Below are positions 39,588 through 52,711 of a stretch of 64,000 nt of DNA, one piece after another (the stretch's first letter is position 1; the number at the start of each line of letters is the position of its first letter). The notes under the pieces are model-generated. The model worked only from the letters and a program-made list of their open reading frames with translations, had not been told where the DNA came from and made no database searches. The stretch spans positions 33,666,001 through 33,730,000 of the forward strand of contig NC_043002.1 of NCBI RefSeq assembly GCF_006345805.1. The letters run 5' to 3'. The position numbers and the translations under genes are program-made. Origin of the DNA: Octopus sinensis. Lineage: Eukaryota.

Positions 39588-41840
39588 CTATCTAGAATTA
39601 TCATATCTTTTGAATGTCCTACCGTGTTTGTGTAAACATCTTGGGGCTTGTTCGTGTTTTGTATTAATTAATGTGTGTTTTGATGTAAATATTTGGTATA
39701 AGTCGCATCTGTTTCCCCCTAATCGATAAGGCTTAACTGTACTAATTAATTCCTATTCAATAGAATAGCTATTGTTTTTGTCTCTAATTGACCGAATTAG
39801 TTTGCTTAGGCTTGTATTATTTTTTCCTACCTTTAAAAGAATTTAAATGATTGGCTTGTCTCCTTTTGAAAAAAAGAGAGCTGGCCCCTATGTAAAAGTA
39901 ATTTTGCATCTATAGACCAGGTTCTTAATTAGACATCTTGAGTCCAACGGGCATATTTTATCTCTAGCACAGTTGCATAGACCTGTTTCCCTATTTCTAT
40001 TATCTACTGTGTTATTGACTCTACTAGAAGTCTCTCCTATTCTCTCTTCCCTCGGTTCAGTATTATCTCAGAATTCTTTATGCATATAAGTTTTATTGCT
40101 GTTATTTCTCGCGGTTCGTCCTTCTAATTCTATATCTGTAAAAGAATTTGTTAGGGTTGTTTCCTTTTGACTGTTGGTTCTTCTGTTACCATTCCCCCTT
40201 CCTCCATTGCATACTATTATGGTCTCAGTGCCTTGGTCACTTCTGTTAGTTATTTTTTCTTTATGATCCAGATTCGGATTACTAGAATCTCCGTTGATAC
40301 GTTCCCTATCTTTGTGTAGTGTATTGTAATTAATCGCCCTTGAAAGTGGTATAGTCTACTTGCATTATGTGCCACAATTATTTGTGCCAGGTTGCGGCTA
40401 GTGGAGAAGGCGTGGCGTACATTGTGTGTATTAAATATTTTATGGTTTTCTATCGCTGTATAAAACAGTCTAGGGATGCTGGAAATTATCTGTTTCACGA
40501 ACAGAGCAGTATACTACAATGTGGTCCTAGAATTATTATTAGTTTTGGTGTTTATAGGTATTGTGCGATTTTTAGTGCTAGCGTGACTTGTTTCCGTGGT
40601 GTCTGCTCTGGTGTGCGAGTCGCTTACTATTGCATCTCTCAGTTGTGTTCTGTGTGTGTGTGCATGATGGTCTTCTTAATTTCTAATGTACGGCATATTA
40701 AGGGGCTTCTGCTGTTGTTTAGGTTGTTTACTTCTGTATGGATTTCATTCTCGTTCGAAGCCTTTCTCTTCTCTCCAGAGCTGTTCACTGTTTGGTTATG
40801 CCTTATGATCTCATGCGTCTTTATCTTTACTGGTTTCTTTACCTTCATATGGGGGTATAGTGGGGGTTTTATGGCTATATTTTGGGTTATATAGTAATCT
40901 CTCTTTATATCCAGCCTTCTCAAGTGCTATGTTATAGTAATCCTCGTTTAATTTGATTACTTCGTCGGTTGATAGATTCGATGTGCGGGTTGAAATGTTT
41001 GCGACTATGGATTGGGTTATGCACCTGGGGTGATTACTATTTTTGTGAAAGTGCTTAAGGTTTTCATTGGGTTTATGGTATGATCTATATATTCCAGGAC
41101 TTCGGTCTAGTGTAACATCTAAGAAGTGGACTATGTTGTGCTCCTCCTCTATTAAAATGGAAACCTCTGTTTTTGAAGAAATTTTCCTATATTTTTCTAT
41201 CTCTACGCTGGGTTAAGCAATGTGGATAGTGCGTCTTCCCTGTATAGACCTCCTATTTTTGGAAATTCTTTGTTTAGGCAGAATAAGATATAAATTCCGA
41301 CTACATCAGTTACCTGGGTGGAGTCAGTCGATTCCATTGTTATGTCTAACATAATCCGGCCTATCTTTTCTTACCCAGTATTTTCCCTCAAATTTAATAA
41401 TTGATTTTTCTAGCAGCTAATACTATATCAACTTCTTCCCTAGTTAGCTCAGAGTTTTTCATTGCGAATATAAGTGCTTTGTTGAGGATTGGGATAACGG
41501 AGGCATAGTAGTTGGATATATCTAGTTGTATGAATTTTGTTTATTTCTTCGATGTGATTTTGTTAAACCAGTCAATTACTTCATATGAACTTGACCAAAG
41601 ATCTAGCTTTTGTAATGTTCTTAAGTGTAGATTTTTCATGTATTTATCAATAATGTGTTTGCTTATCCTACCCAAGTCAGATTTCGAGGGGCATATAAGT
41701 CTTATAGAAGGGTTAGTACTGAAGTTCAGCTTGTGGTCTTTGAAATTAATTCTAGGCTGGAATGGTTGGATTTTTTTTTCCTCTAACCTATATTTCTCCA
41801 TAATTTTCTTGGCTTGTAAATTAAGATAACATTGGTGGTG
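39588..41840 (-). mobile_element. Second, degraded Naiad-type Penelope-like element
   Basis: FKDHKLNFSTNPSIRLICPSKSDLGRISK; LDISNYY; GLYRED; SNHP; KIFNTHNVRHAFST; CNCARDKICPL; YIGAS; stops and frameshifts. Confidence 0.88.
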
Positions 41841-41993
41841 TGGAGAGGAGAGGCTAGTATGCATGGGCAACTGCTGGTCTTCCGTAAACAACCTTGCTTG
41901 GGCTTGTACCTCAGAGGCATTCATGACTGAAGGGGTCTTTACCCTTATTTTACTTTGTGAACAGAACACATTAATTAAATAAATACAAATATT

Positions 41994-42044
41994 TTTATTG
42001 TTATTTAACAAGAAATTATTAAAATAATAATTGTTTTCTTTATT
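41994..42044 (-). promoter_or_regulatory. Candidate ORC4 polyadenylation signals (AATAAA at 42039-42044 and 41994-41999)
   Basis: Two minus-strand AATAAA hexamers 240-290 nt past the stop; AT-rich context, so weak evidence. Confidence 0.4.
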
Positions 42045-42281
42045 GTCTTTGAATGAGTTGAATTTTTCATGGAAACAGTGAGATAATCTGTAAAATGAAC
42101 AACAGAAATAACAGAGGTGTCTTCTTCAAACATCTGATGTTTGGTGAGTTTTCTCAGCAACATAGAAAATGGGTTCACAGCAGGCTGACTAATGTGGCAA
42201 CCTGCGTTTTGTCTCTTATAGTCTGTTTATGGTGGTACTCCTGTATGGCCACAACCATCAGGCTCGAACCAGTATAAGTGG

Positions 42282-42464
42282 CTAAATAACAGAGGTGGTA
42301 GCCCAATGTTTTACTTCAATGGGACATGATGGAAATTTCTGTAAGACTTCTTTCAGTTGCATGGGATGTACAAGAAGTGTCATGGGTCGGTACTCCTTCT
42401 GTACACGAGTGCAGCTGCCATCCAATGGTTTGATCAACTCCACATTTTGCAAATGTTCAAATGC
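42282..42464 (-). CDS. ORC4: ORC4 last coding exon, 183 nt including TAG
   Basis: ttaccag|GCA TTT GAA CAT...GTT ATT TAG; [60 protein letters not shown]. Confidence 0.96.
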   Translation of the reverse strand, partial: AFEHLQNVELIKPLDGSCTRVQKEYRPMTLLVHPMQLKEVLQKFPSCPIEVKHWATTSVI

Positions 42465-45400
42465 CTGGTAATAAAAAACAACAGAAGTACGTCAGGAAAG
42501 AATTTTTCCAGCCAAAACAGAGCTGAACTTTAAGGTAAGGTTAGTCAGAAGATAAGGTATTTTGAGAATTGCTTTATTCAAATTTTCCTGCATGAAGGTT
42601 TAGCCCTCCCCAACAATATCAAGCAGAACATTCAAAATGAAGTTGTTAGCATATATAACAGATGCAGCAAGGTGACTGACAAAGTCATTTATACCATGCC
42701 TTTCCAAATCATTTTGAAAACAACACTGACCCATCCCAAACAAGATCAATAATATAAAAAACAGAACATCCACCACAAGAACATCTACTTCAATAATGAC
42801 CTCATCTTAACAAACAGAAGTTGTATTACAACAATTATTGAGTTGGCAAAATCATTAGACTCCAGCTCTTTACATTCTGAGTTCAAATCCCACTAAATAC
42901 AACTTCACCTTTCATCCCACAGTTTGCCATGCTGGCATAGGTTGGATGGTTTCACAGGAGCTGGCAAGCCAGCGAATTGCACCAAGCTCTATTTTCTGCA
43001 TTAGCATGATTTCAACAGCTAGATGCCCTTCCTAGCGCTAACCACTTTGCAGAATATACTGGGCACTTTTAAGTGGCACCAGCACCTGCAACCAAAATTT
43101 CAAGCCTTGTATTAATATAAGGAATTATAATTATTATCAATACAAATGTCTCACTGAAGAATAGACTTTTGGTGTTTGGATTTACCTGTACCATTTTTCT
43201 GGCAATAACCTCTTAATTTGTATCCAGAGCTTTCTGTAATAGTTTTCTTTCAAGAAAGTATATACAGACACCAGAAGTGAATGGTTAAACAATTTCAACT
43301 GACCAGTAAACAAATAAGATAAAATATAAGTACCAATACAGCATACTCACTTTCAAGACAACAGATTTTTCAAAGATCTGCAGAGAAGATTTTTGTTGGG
43401 AAAACCTCAAATATTCTTTATGAAAAATAAAGACAAAAGATATAAAAATTTACAACATGAAATATACAGATTTATGGTGAGAAATACATACACACACACA
43501 TATATACATATATTTATATTCTTTTATTCGTTTCAGCCATTTGACTGCAGCCATGCTGGAGCACTGCCTTGAAGGATTTTAGTCAAACAAATCAACCCCA
43601 AGACTTATTTTTTACACCTAATACTTATTCTATCAGTCTCTTATGCCAGACCGCTAAGTTAAGGGAAATGTAAGCACACCAGCACGAGTTGTCAAGAAGT
43701 GATAGGGGGACAAATACAGAGACACATACACACACACACACAATATATATATATATATATATATATATGAAGGGCTTCTTTCAGTTTCTGTCTATCAAAT
43801 CCACTCACATGATTTCAGTCAGCCCAAGCCTATAATAGAAGGCACTTGCCTGAAGTAACACACAGTGGGACTGAACCCCGAAACCATGTGGTTGGGAAGC
43901 AAGCTTCTTACCACACAGTCATGCCTGCACCTATATATAGGCAAGTGGGATTAGGTAGGTGGGTGGGTAGGTAGGTAGGGGTGTAGGAATGTAAAAGACA
44001 CCCCTTTGGTCATGAATGACCATGGGCTTGCACCTAAAAAGTTACCCTCCATACCAGCTACCTCTCTCCAAGCCACTGATGTTATCCAAGGGAAAGGCCG
44101 ATACAGCTTAGCACCAGTGATATCGCAACTCATTTCTACAATTGAGTGCACTGCAGCAACATGAAATAAAGTGTCTTGCTCAAGAACACAACACACAGCT
44201 CTGTCCAGGAACTGAACCCACTACCTCATGATTGCGAGCCTGATGTTCTCACCACTGAGCCATACAAGTCCACTGATTGAGCTGCTCATTGCTTGATGGA
44301 CTTGCTCAGAAACGGGATAGAAAGAGGGAAGGAAAATTAGATGTAGTAAGAAATATATATAACAAGTATTTTATTATACAGTTCTATATTTAAGAGATGA
44401 AGAATTATGTACATTATTTACATTTGACGGATGTTTGTTCTCATCTTGTTTGTTGTTAACACAACATCTCGGCTGATATACCCTCCAGCCTTCATCAGGT
44501 GTCTTGGGGAAATTTCGAACCTGGGTTCTAATTCCTAAGGTAGTTTTCAATGTTATTATTATAGTTTTTTATTATACTTAAATATTTCTAATAATATCAC
44601 TACAGTGAAGAAATAATTCAGCTCTCACTATCTATAAATATAAAATAGAACCAATATTAAATAACTGCTCACATCTATGGAACAGTGCTGCTACACACGC
44701 TTATGAACACTCTAAACATCCAAAAGAACTCTTGATTAATTATCACTATTGTCGGCAACAATGAGAATTTCTATGTCCAAATGCCCTTCTTGTCACCAAT
44801 CTACAATTCAGGTGTAGAACAGAAAGATTCATAGAAACAGAAACACAAACTTACCATTATAGACAATTTCAAAGTTGAAAGGTTCACCGTCATAAAGTTC
44901 TGTCAGGTGTTTCATAGCAATCACAAGAGAAAGTTCAAGGATAGACAAACCTACATTAGAAAGAGTAAAACATTCTTAGATCATATACTTATCAAATATC
45001 TCACGCTGAGTTTTTACCGATCAAAATCATCATCATCATCATCGTTTAACATCCGCTTTCCATGCTAGCATGGGTTGGACGGTTCAACTGGGGTCTGGCA
45101 AGCCCGAAGGCTGCACCAGGCCAGTCAGATCTGGCAGTGTTTCTACAGCTGGATGCCCTTCCTAACGCCAACCACTCCGAGAGTGTAGTGGGTGATTTTA
45201 TGTGCCACCGACACAGGTGCCAGACAAGGCTGGCAGACGGCCACGCTCGGATGGTGTTTTTTATGTGCCACCGACACAGGTGCCAGACGAAGCTGGCAGA
45301 CGGCCATGCTCGGATGGTGTTTTTTATGATCAAAATAATAGTAATGATAATAAATCCTTTTTACTATAAGGCACCTGACCTGAAATGTTAGAGAAGGGTG

Positions 45401-48400
45401 TTAGTTGATTTCATCAACCCCAGTACTTAACTGGTATTTATTTTATCAACCCAAAGAAGATGAAGAGCAAAGTCAACCTTGGATCATGAACTTGAAATGC
45501 TGCTAAAAATTTTGTCAGCTCACCACCCTAATAGTAAAGATGATAATGGTAGTGGTTACAATGGCAGAGGTGCTAGAGACATTGGAAGGGGTAGTGGTGG
45601 TGATACAGACTGGTAATGAGAGGTAGAGGCGAAAGTACTGACAATGGCAGTGGCAATGTTGAAAGTGGTGGAGGCACCACTCCACCAACTAAAAAAGATG
45701 ATAGTTAAGATAATGTTAGATTACTGTAGTATTAGATGAATGATATATAAAGATAAGACATGATGGTTATGGTTAGAAAACTTCTGACAAAAGAGAGCCA
45801 AGCTGGGGCTAAGCAACAATTGATGTAGCTATCAACCCCAATGACACTACAGAAGTGTCATTACAGAAGGCAGCAAGCTGGCAGAAACGTTAGCACGCCG
45901 GGCGAAATGCTTAGCGGTATTTCATCTACCGTTATGTTGAGTTCAACCACACATAGAACAACAATAAAAAGGAGAGAGAGAGAGAGAGAAAGAGAGAGCG
46001 AAGGTGTGTCTTACCATGTAATATGGAGGATTTGCTGTCTGTACTCATCCTTTTGAAGGAATCAATAAAATCTGAGACTTGCAAGAATGGTTGAGTGGAA
46101 CTGAGGTTACAGATTGGTCCCATCTGAAATATGGCACTATATTAGTGTTGGCTAGTATAGTTAATATTTATTGTCATTAATACCACTATAATGAATATTA
46201 CTGCAATTAATATTACTGTAATTAATTTTACTACAATTAATATTACTTCTACTACTACCAATACTACTGCTGGGAATAGTAGTAGAAGTGATAGTAGAAA
46301 TTGCAATAATAATTAGATTGGCAGTAGGTAGGTAAGTGTCTTACTAAGACATACATACAAACAGAGATAAATAAATAGATATGCAGATAGACATATAGAA
46401 AGCTAATAAGATAAATATATAGATAGGTAGACAGACAGATACATAGATGTGTAGATAGGAAGGTACACATGTAGGTAAATTTATTGTGGCCATCAATCAA
46501 GACTGAGTGTGAGTTGGTAACATATATCATGTTTTTGTGTTAATTGATTTAGGTCCCACCTATGTTGCAGTGAATAGACAGACATCCACTTAGCTGTCTG
46601 CACAACTTTGACCAAGCAGAATACCTGGAAAAGTGGATGCAACAATACTTGGTGGAGATTAATTTCAATTGCGTAGACTGGGGAGTGCTATGAAACAAGG
46701 TGCCTTGCTTGACAGCACAATGCACCACCCCATCTAGGAATGGCATACAAGTACTTGTGACTAATCACTAGGTGGGGCACAAGTCTATTTACATAACTAA
46801 TGTGAGGGATATTTTGTTATGATTCTGTTCATAATAGCCTCATCACCATTATGACCATTTTATATCCACTTTTCCATACCGACATGGCTTGTGTCACAGA
46901 ATATTGGCATTTTCTTACTCTTTCATCAGTTGCACTAACATGCACACAGACACACAAAACAGTTGAATATGAACTGACAAGCAGTTAGGTGTTACAACAG
47001 GAGCTATTACAATACAGGTGACCCAAAAAAGACATAGTTTTCTGTTTCACAAGAATGAACTTGTTACATAGAGTCAATTGATAGAGTGTTAGAAGCAACA
47101 ATGAGTAGAGAGCAGGTTTGATAGGACGACAGCTTAATGTCCTGCCATGCAAATGTATGAATATATCTGTGAGTGTATGTAAGATGTATCAGTGTATAAA
47201 TGTCTGTGAGGTGCAGGTATGTGGTTTAAAAGCTTGCTTCCCAACCATGTGGTCTTAGGTTCAGTCCCACTGCAGAGCACCTTGAGCAAGTATCTTCTAC
47301 TATGACACCAGGGCCAACAAAAGCCTTGTGAATGTATTTGGTAGGCAGAAACTCAAAGAAGGCCATCACACACATATATACAGGGTGCAATGGGTATAAT
47401 TGTTGCCATTTTATAATTTTAATTTCATGCATGCGCATTGTTTGTTTTTGATTTTGTCGACTACACAGTATGGTAGGGTCAGTTGGGCACTGTATGTGAG
47501 AAAAACAGCACTATGGACACAATTCACTCAGCCAGAAATTTGGAAACGACATACTGTACTGTTTGGCATTCGTGCTGGAAGCTCCACTACAAAGATTTCA
47601 GTGTTTGGGTGTCAATTTGAGGACAGTGCAATCTGAGGACATGTACCAAGAGTGATAAAAATCAAACAACCAATTAACATCATGGTGTCTGGAGTGATCA
47701 CTAGTGATGGCGACGTTATGCCTCCATTCATTTTCCCACACAGCCCCAGACTCAACACAGAGGCCTACATCAACTGCCTGGAGGAGGTGGTGTTGTTCTG
47801 GGAGAAGAGGGTGGCTGCTAGAAAACCCTATGTCTGGCAACAGGACTCTGCACCATGACACACAAGTAGGAGAACCCAGTCATGGCTGTCAGACAATTTC
47901 TGCAACCACATCACCCCTAACATCTGGCCACCTAACTCCCCAAACTGCAACCCTTTTGATTATCATGTGTGGGGTGCAGTTGAGCAAGTGACCAACCAAA
48001 CTCCTTGTAACACCAAATATGAACTGAAGGCAAGGATTATGGCAGTATTCATCAAACAAGGAAATCGTCTAGAAGAGTTGCAGGAGATTCTGAAGTCATC
48101 TGGAGTCTGTGGTTGAAGCCAAATGGCGATTTTATTGAATAAATTTACTCTTTAGTATTTCAAGATATTTTTATGTAATTTTGGTAAATATATCTGTTAA
48201 AATGAGATGTCAGTGTTACTTTTAATTTTGAAAAATTTAGATGACAGTTTATTCACTGCATCCTATATATCTATATATATAAAACTGAGAATGTGTGTGT
48301 CTGTCTGTATGTGTGCATCACTAAAATTCGAGAACTACCAAACCGCTTTCATTCAAATTTTACACATACACTACTTAGGGTCCATGGAGAGTTATGGGCC

Positions 48401-49597
48401 AAAAAAATTTCAACTTCTTGCCTAATGCAAGCCTCGAGCAATCGCTTAGACTATTTCGGTATTATGTGTCAAAAGTGAAACAATAGCATCTCTCTTGTAA
48501 TGTGAGATAATAGTTTCAGTTTTGATAGTTTCACTATTAATCCTTTCACCATATATATAATATATACATAGTGAAACTATTAAAAGTGGAACTATTATCA
48601 CACATTATATATATATACATGCAAACATATATATTAGGTTGTTTCACATGAAATGTCATATTTGAAAGGTAACAATAAAATATTTCTGAGGTGTTAGAGA
48701 ACTGATTTATTTAAATCAAAGTATGATCAATGTTCATTTATGACGTTTACCCAACATTTCTCTATGTCATATATTTCAGCTATAAAAAAAATTCATCTTT
48801 TGCTGTGATAAACTGTCCAAATTCTTCAATTACCTCTTCTCTATTTAAGAATGTTTTATTGCTTATGTTAAGCTCAAAATGCTTAAATAAGTGATGATCA
48901 GTAGGAGAGATATCAGGGGAATAGGAAAAATGTTGCAAAATCTCATAATTCCGGCTTTGCAACTTTTGGACAGTAGCTTAAGGAGTGTGAGGACGTGCAT
49001 TGTCGTGGAGAAAAACTGGGTCATTTCTATTCACTAGTCTGGGTTGCTTCTTTTTATGCGTACCTTTCCTTCATTGGGCACTAAACTCTGCTTACGAAAA
49101 CTTGTTGAGGCAAGTGAAATCGAAATCGATATCAAATTCGATGACTGGCATCCGTGCTAGTGGAGTGCTAAGAGCACCATCCGAGTATGATCTTTGCCAG
49201 AGCAGCTGACTGGCTTCCATGCCGGTGGCACATAAAAAGCAGCATTCGAGCGTGATCGTTCACCAGTGTCACCTTACTGGCACTTGTGCCGGTGGCACGT
49301 GAAAACATATTTGAGCAAGGTCATTGCCAGTGCCGCTGGACTGGCTCCTGTGCAAGTGGCATGTAAAAAAAACACCATTTGAGTGTGGGCATTGCCAGTA
49401 CCACCTGACTGGCCCTCATGCCGGTGGCATGTAAAAGCACGCACTACACTCACGGAGTGGTAGGCATTAGGAAGGGCATCCAACTGAAGATAGTTGTTCG
49501 CCATTCCTTAGTCAAATCGTTCAAACCATGCCAGTATGGAAAGCAGACATTAAACAATGATGGATGATGATGATGTATGCATGTATATATGTATATA

Positions 49598-49648
<51 letters not shown>

Positions 49649-52628
49649 ATGCATACTTATATAAGTATGTATATATATATCATCATCATCATCATCATCA
49701 TCATTTAGCGTCCGCTTTCCATGATAGCATGGGTTGGACGGGTCAACTGGGGTCTGTGAAGCTGGAAGGCTTCGTCAGGCCCAGTCAGATCTGGCAGTGT
49801 TTCTACGGCTGGATGCCCTTCCTAACACCAACCACTCCGCGAGTGTAGTGGGTGTTTTTTACGTGCCACCTGCACAGGTGCCAGACAGAGCTGGCGAACG
49901 GCCACGAACGGATGGTGCTTTTACGTGTCACCGGCACGGGGCCAGGCGATGCTGGCAACGGACACGAACGGATGGTGCTTTTACGTGCCACCGACACGGG
50001 GCCAGACAGAGCTGGCAAACGGCCACGAACGGACGGTGCTTTTACGTGTCACCAGCACGGGGGCCAGCCGAGGCTGACAACAAACACGAACGGATGGTGC
50101 TTTTACGTGCCACCGACACGGGGCCAGACAGGTTTATTAAACCTGTATTGATTCTCATTGCCATACAACTAAAGATAGGGTAAGTGAGCCAGCACAGAAA
50201 CTCAAATCACATTTATTTTACCTTAGAAAAAACAGAAGGCAAGGGGACATTGCTCCCTATTTCACCTTGATGTTTTTATTAAACCTGTGTTGGCTCCCTT
50301 TACCATATATATATTTCTTTACTACCCACAAGGGGCTAAACACAGAGGGGACAAACAAGGACAGACAAACAGATTAAGTTGTTTACATTGACCCCAGTGC
50401 GCAACTGGTACTTAATTTATCGACCCCGAAAGGATGAAAGGCGAAGTCGACCTCGGCAGAACTTGAACTCAGAACATAACAGCAGACGAAATACGGCCAT
50501 GCATTTCAGCCGGCGTGCTAATGTTTCTGCCAGCTCACCGCCTTTACCATATAACTAATGATCGCTAATGTGGGCGCTTTCTTATGTAGTCATTTGGCAT
50601 GACTTGAATAGCAGCCAAATCTCCTTGAAATCACATTGTTTTGCCTTAAAAACGAGAAGACTGGGACATAATGTTTTCCATTTCACCTCGGTGGGTGTTT
50701 TTATGAAACCTGTCTCTGTTCTCGTTAACATATAACTAAAGATAGGGTGAGTGAGCCAACACAGGAAACTTTTTGTATAGTTACATGGCCTGATTTAAAT
50801 ATCAGCCAAATCTCCTCCAAGTCACATTTTTTTTGCCTTAGAAAGGCCTTAAAAGGCCAGGAGACATTCAAGAATGCAGTCCTAGGCATGCTATTCATTA
50901 AACAACAGAACAAAAATGTAGTGGGCACAACTGGGCTGCTTTTGATGTTAGACCTGCTCAACCAAGGCTAAGTAACAATGTGCAAGCTTCTACATGGCTG
51001 GTTGATCTACTACAAATAACAGCCAAGTCTTCTTAAAACTATGCCTTATCAGTTAAAATATCTATTTATATATTTCATTAATATATTTGCAAAAAAATAT
51101 ACATGTGTATGTGTGTGTGTTTGCGCATGTGTGTATAACTGTGTGTGTGTGTATGTACATATATATATATATGTGTGTGTATTAGGTATATATATATGTG
51201 TGTGTGTGTGCATGTATATGTATATACATATGTGTGTATATATGTGTATATATGTATATATATATGTGTGTGTGTGTGTGAATATATATGTGTGTGTATG
51301 TGTGTGTGTGTATCTCAGTGTGCTTGTCAACCGGTGTTGGTGTGTTTATGTCCCTGTAACTTAGCAGTTTGGCAAATGAGTCCGATAGAATAAGTACCAG
51401 ACTTAACAAAAAATAAGTACTGGGGTTAATTCATTCAACTCTTCAAGGTGTTGCTCCAGCATGGCCACTGAGAAATGACTGAAACAAGCAAAATGTAAAA
51501 GATATTACACACTTGATATAAGCAGAGCCATTTTTGGTTTAGGAGTTTGTTTTTCAACCATGTGATTCCAGGTTCAATACCACAGCATGGTATCTGGTGC
51601 AAAGGTCTTCTAACAAATACTCAGCAGAAGACACTTGCTCAAGGTGCCACGCAGTGGGTCAGAACCTGAAATCACATGGTTGCAAAGAAACTTTCTTAAC
51701 CACACTAGTCATGTCTGTACGTATGAAAAAAAAAAATATGGAACACTTCACAAATTTACATGTCATTCTTACCCATGCGTAAAAGTGGCTGTGTGGTAAG
51801 TAGCTTGCTTACCAACCACATGGTTCCGGGTTCAGTCCCACTGCGCGGCACCTCGGGCCGACCAAAGCCTTGTGAGTGGATTTGGCAGATGGAAACTGAA
51901 AGAAGCCTGTCGTATATATGTATATATATATATATGTATGTATGTATGTGTGTGTGTGTATATGTTTGTGTCTGTGTTTGTCCCCCCAACATCGCTTGAC
52001 AATGCTGGTGTGTTTACATCCCTTTAACTTAGCGGTTCGGCAATACAGACCGATGGAATAAGTACTAGGCTTACAAAGAATAAGTCCTGGGGTCGATTTG
52101 CTCGACTAAAAAGGCGGTGCTCCAGCATCGCCACAGTCAAATGACTGAAACAAGTAAAAGAGAGTATGCCCTATTTAAAAAAAAAAAGATATTTTCCAAC
52201 ATTTTAATCACATTTTTCTTATACAGAATTAAAGAGTGATTAATTATGGGAACGATTAGCAACTTTTGTGTGTCAGTGTAATCATAAAGAGTAATTTTAC
52301 TGAGGCGCTTTCTATTTTTTATCTCTTTTTTTTTGCTTTTGGTCATCGGTCTTTGAACAAGAACCTGTTAGGTCGGTTACATCTTTGCTGTGTAAATCTT
52401 TGAATGCTTTGAACACACCTATGACATGATAAGAGTGCTTGAGGATTATGTTGAAGCTACAAGTATTTTCTCTTTTATCTTTTACTCATTTCAGTCATCA
52501 GGCTATGTCCATGCTGGGGCACCACCTAGAAGAATTTTGTGTACATATATATGTATGTGTATATATATATATATCATCATCATCATCATTTAACGATGAT
52601 GATGATGATGATGATGATATATATATAT

Positions 52629-52711
<83 letters not shown>

